Below the pieces are notes generated by a model. The model was not told the origin of the DNA, did no database searches, and was given only the letters and a program-made list of their open reading frames with translations. A DNA stretch of 64,000 bases from Malacoraja senta. Lineage: Eukaryota. Below, one piece after another: positions 61,131-64,000 of this stretch (position 1 is the stretch's first letter; every line of letters begins with the position of its first letter). The stretch is from contig CM075988.1 of assembly GCA_038087875.1 (NCBI GenBank), forward strand, positions 10,666,001 to 10,730,000. Direction: 5' to 3'. The translations under genes and the position numbers were made by a program.

Positions 61131-63990
61131 GACATACATAGATACATAAATACATAGAAAATAGGTGCAGGAGTAGGCCATTCGGCCCTTCGAGCCTGCA
61201 CCGCCATTCAATATGATCATGGCTGATCATCCAACTCAGTATCCCGTACCTGCCTTCTCTCCATACCCCCTGATCCCTTTAGCCACAAGAGCCACATCTA
61301 ACTCCCTCTTAAATATAGCCAATGAACTGGCGTCAACTACCCTCTGTGGCAGAGAGTTCCAGAGATTCACCACTCTCTGTGTGAAAAAGCTTTTCCTCAT
61401 CTCGGTCTTAAAGGATTTCCCCCTTATCCTTAAGCTGTGACCCCTTGTCCTGGACTTCCCCAACATCGGGAACAATCTTCCTGCATCTAGCCTGTCCAAC
61501 CCCATAAGAATTTTGTATGTTTCTATAAGATCCCCTCTCAATCTCCTAAATTCTAGCGAGTATAAGCCAAGTCTATCCAGTCTTTCTTCATATGAAAGTC
61601 CTGACATCCCAGGAATCAGTCTGGTGAACCTTCTCTGCACTCCCACTATGGCTATAATGTCCTTCCTCAGATTTGGAGACCAAAACTGTACGCAATACTC
61701 CAGGTGTGGTCTCACCAAGACCCTGTACAACTGCAGTAGAACCTCCCTGCTCCTATACTCAAACCCTCTTGCTATGAAGGCCAACATACCATTCGCTTTC
61801 TTCACTGCCTGCTGCACCTGCATGCCTACTTTCAATGACTGGTGTACCATGACACCCAGGTCTCGCTGCACCTCCCCATTTCCTAATCGGCCACCATTTA
61901 GATAATAGTCTGCCTTCCCGTTTTTGCCACCAAAGTGGATAACCTCACATTTATCCACATTATACTGCATCTGCCAAACATTTGCCCACTCCCCCAGCCT
62001 ATCCAAGTCACCTTGCAGTCTCCTAGCATCCTCCTCACAGCTAACACTGCCCCCCAGCTTAGTGTCATCCGCAAACTTGGAGATGTTGCTTTCAATTCCC
62101 TCGTCCAGATCATTAATATAAATTGTAAATAGCTGGGGTCCCAGCACTGAGCCTTGCGGTACCCCACTAGTCACTGCCTGCCATTGTGAAAAGGACCCGT
62201 TTACTCCTACTCTTTGCTTCCTGTTTGCCAGCCAGTTCTCTATCCACATCAATACTGAACCCCCAATACCGTGTGATTTAAGCTTGTATCCTAATCTCTT
62301 ATGTGGTACCTTGTCGAAAGCCTTCTGAAAGTCCAGATACAACACATCCACTGGTTCTCCCCTATCCACTCTACTAGTTACATCCTCGAAAAATTCTATA
62401 AGATTCGTCAGACACGATTTACCTTTCGTAAATCCATGCTGACTTTGTCCAATGATTTCACCACTTTCCAAATGTGCTGCTATCCCATCTTTAATAACTG
62501 ACTCTAGCAGTTTCCCCACTACCGATGTTAAACTAACTGGTCTGTAATTCCCCGTTTTCTCTCTCCCTCCCTTCTTAAAAAGTGGGGTTACATTTGCTAC
62601 CCTCCAATCCTCAGGAACTACTCCAGAATCTAAAGAATTTTGAAAAATTATCACTAATGCATCCGCTATTTCTGGAGCTACTTCCTTAAGTACTCTGGGA
62701 TGCAGCCTATCTGGCCCTGGTGATTTATCGGCCTTTAATCCATTCAATTTACCCAACACCACTTCCCGACTAACCTGGATTTCACTCAGTTCCTCCATCT
62801 CCTTTGACCCGCGGCCCCCTGCTATTTCCGGCAGATTATTTATGTCTTCCTTAGTGAAGACGGAACCAAAGTAGTTATTCAATTGGTCCACCATATCCTT
62901 GTTCCCCATGATCAATTCCCCTGTTTCTGACTGCAAGGGACCTACATTTGTTTTAACTAATCTCTTTCTCCTCACATATCTATAAAAACTTTTGCAGTCA
63001 GTTTTTATTTTCCCTGCCAGTTTCCTTTCATAATCTATTTTCCCTTTCCTAATTAAGCCCTTTGTCCTCCTCTGCTGGTCTCTGAATTTCTCCCAGTCCT
63101 CTGGTATGCTGCTTTTTCTGGCTGATTTGTACGCAACATCTTTTGCTTTGATACTATCCCTGATTTCCCTTGTTATCCACGGATGCACTACCTTCCCTGA
63201 TTTATTCTTTTGCCAAACTGGGATGAACATTTTTTGTAGTTCATCCATGCAGTCTTTAAATGCCTTCCATTGCATATCCACCGTCAACCCTTTTAGAACT
63301 AATTGCCAGTCAATCTTGGCCAATTCACGTCTCATATCCTCAAAGTTACCTTTCTTTAAGTTCAGAACCGTTGTTTCTGAATTAACAATGTCACTCTCCA
63401 TCCTAATGAAGAACTCAACCATATAATGGTCACTCTTGCCCAAGGGGGCACGCACAACAAGTCTGCTAACTAACCCTTCCTCATTACTCAATACCCAGTC
63501 TAGAATAGCCTGCTCTCTCGTTGGTTCCTCTACATGTTGGTTTAGATAACTATCCCTCATACATTCCAAGAAATCCTCTTCCTCAGCACCCCTGCCAATT
63601 TGATTCACCCAATCTATATGTAGATTGAAGTCACCCATTATAACTGTTTTGCCTTTGTTGCACGCATTTCTAATTTCCTGTTTGATGCCATCCCCAACTT
63701 CACTACTACTGCTAGGTGGCCTGTACACAACACCCACCAGCGTTTTCTGCCCCTTAGTATTTCGTAGCTCTACCCATACCGATTCCACATCCTCCAAGCT
63801 AATGTCCTTCCTTTCCACTGCGTTAATCTCCTCTCTAACCAGCAACGCTACCCCACCTCCTTTTCCTTTCTCTCTATCCCTCCTGAATATTGAATATCCC
63901 TGGATGTTCAGCTCCCAGCCTTGGTCACCCTGGAGCCATGTCTCCGTGATCCCAACTATATCATAATCATTAATTGCTATCTGCACGTTA
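61131..63990 (-). mobile_element. Young CR1-clade LINE with 3' UTR and tail; 5' end broken inside the endonuclease N-terminus
   Basis: Tail at 61131-61160, 3' UTR, and an uninterrupted ORF2. Confidence 0.97.
61236..63986 (-). CDS. CR1 ORF2 protein (APE endonuclease plus reverse transcriptase), N-terminally incomplete, 916 aa open
   Basis: EN motifs ITETWL, YRPP, GDFN and SDH; RT motifs PGPD, YRPVSLTS, QHGF, DFQKAFD, GVPQGS and FADD. The annotated start is a GTG inside the EN domain, not the true start. Confidence 0.93.
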   Translation of the reverse strand: MQIAINDYDIVGITETWLQGDQGWELNIQGYSIFRRDREKGKGGGVALLVREEINAVERKDISLEDVESVWVELRNTKGQKTLVGVVYRPPSSSSEVGDGIKQEIRNACNKGKTVIMGDFNLHIDWVNQIGRGAEEEDFLECMRDSYLNQHVEEPTREQAILDWVLSNEEGLVSRLVVRAPLGKSDHYMVEFFIRMESDIVNSETTVLNLKKGNFEDMRRELAKIDWQLVLKGLTVDMQWKAFKDCMDELQKMFIPVWQKNKSGKVVHPWITREIRDSIKAKDVAYKSARKSSIPEDWEKFRDQQRRTKGLIRKGKIDYERKLAGKIKTDCKSFYRYVRRKRLVKTNVGPLQSETGELIMGNKDMVDQLNNYFGSVFTKEDINNLPEIAGGRGSKEMEELSEIQVSREVVLGKLNGLKADKSPGPDRLHPRVLKEVAPEIADALVIIFQNSLDSGVVPEDWRVANVTPLFKKGGREKTGNYRPVSLTSVVGKLLESVIKDGIAAHLESGEIIGQSQHGFTKGKSCLTNLIEFFEDVTSRVDRGEPVDVLYLDFQKAFDKVPHKRLGYKLKSHGIGGSVLMWIENWLANRKQRVGVNGSFSQWQAVTSGVPQGSVLGPQLFTIYINDLDEGIESNISKFADDTKLGGSVSCEEDARRLQGDLDRLGEWANVWQMQYNVDKCEVIHFGGKNGKADYYLNGGRLGNGEVQRDLGVMVHQSLKVGMQVQQAVKKANGMLAFIARGFEYRSREVLLQLYRVLVRPHLEYCVQFWSPNLRKDIIAIVGVQRRFTRLIPGMSGLSYEERLDRLGLYSLEFRRLRGDLIETYKILMGLDRLDAGRLFPMLGKSRTRGHSLRIRGKSFKTEMRKSFFTQRVVNLWNSLPQRVVDASSLAIFKRELDVALVAKGIRGYGEKAGTGY

Positions 63991-64000
63991 CATAGATACA

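Overview
Vertebrate nuclear DNA, most likely a cartilaginous fish (skate/ray). This is inferred from the repeat repertoire: HE1-type V-SINEs, HER1/CR1 LINEs, a Deu-domain SINE and Penelope-like elements. The window looks intronic or intergenic and is dominated by transposable elements. It holds a young CR1 LINE with an uninterrupted 916-aa ORF2 remnant (61131-63990, minus), a nested degraded CR1 (50265-53760), many CR1 3' fragments, a degraded L1 ORF2 (37789-41005), an internally deleted hAT transposon, PIF/Harbinger-type MITEs (TAA TSD), a probable non-autonomous Helitron, Rex1/Babar, RTE and L2 remnants, and about 11 V-SINEs. It also holds roughly 20 short Penelope-derived repeats that carry a minimal hammerhead-ribozyme-like core and often fold back as hairpins. 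No host protein-coding gene is recognised with confidence; four phase-compatible micro-exon candidates are flagged as speculative. Most short ORFs in the supplied track are TE shadows or microsatellite translations. I cannot demonstrate a wholly new system. The best leads are the hammerhead/fold-back Penelope derivatives, an inverted duplicated compound-microsatellite cassette, a CpG-rich non-autonomous retroelement, and recurrent templated duplications at insertion junctions. Family names come from motif recognition, not database searches, and boundaries of old repeats are approximate.
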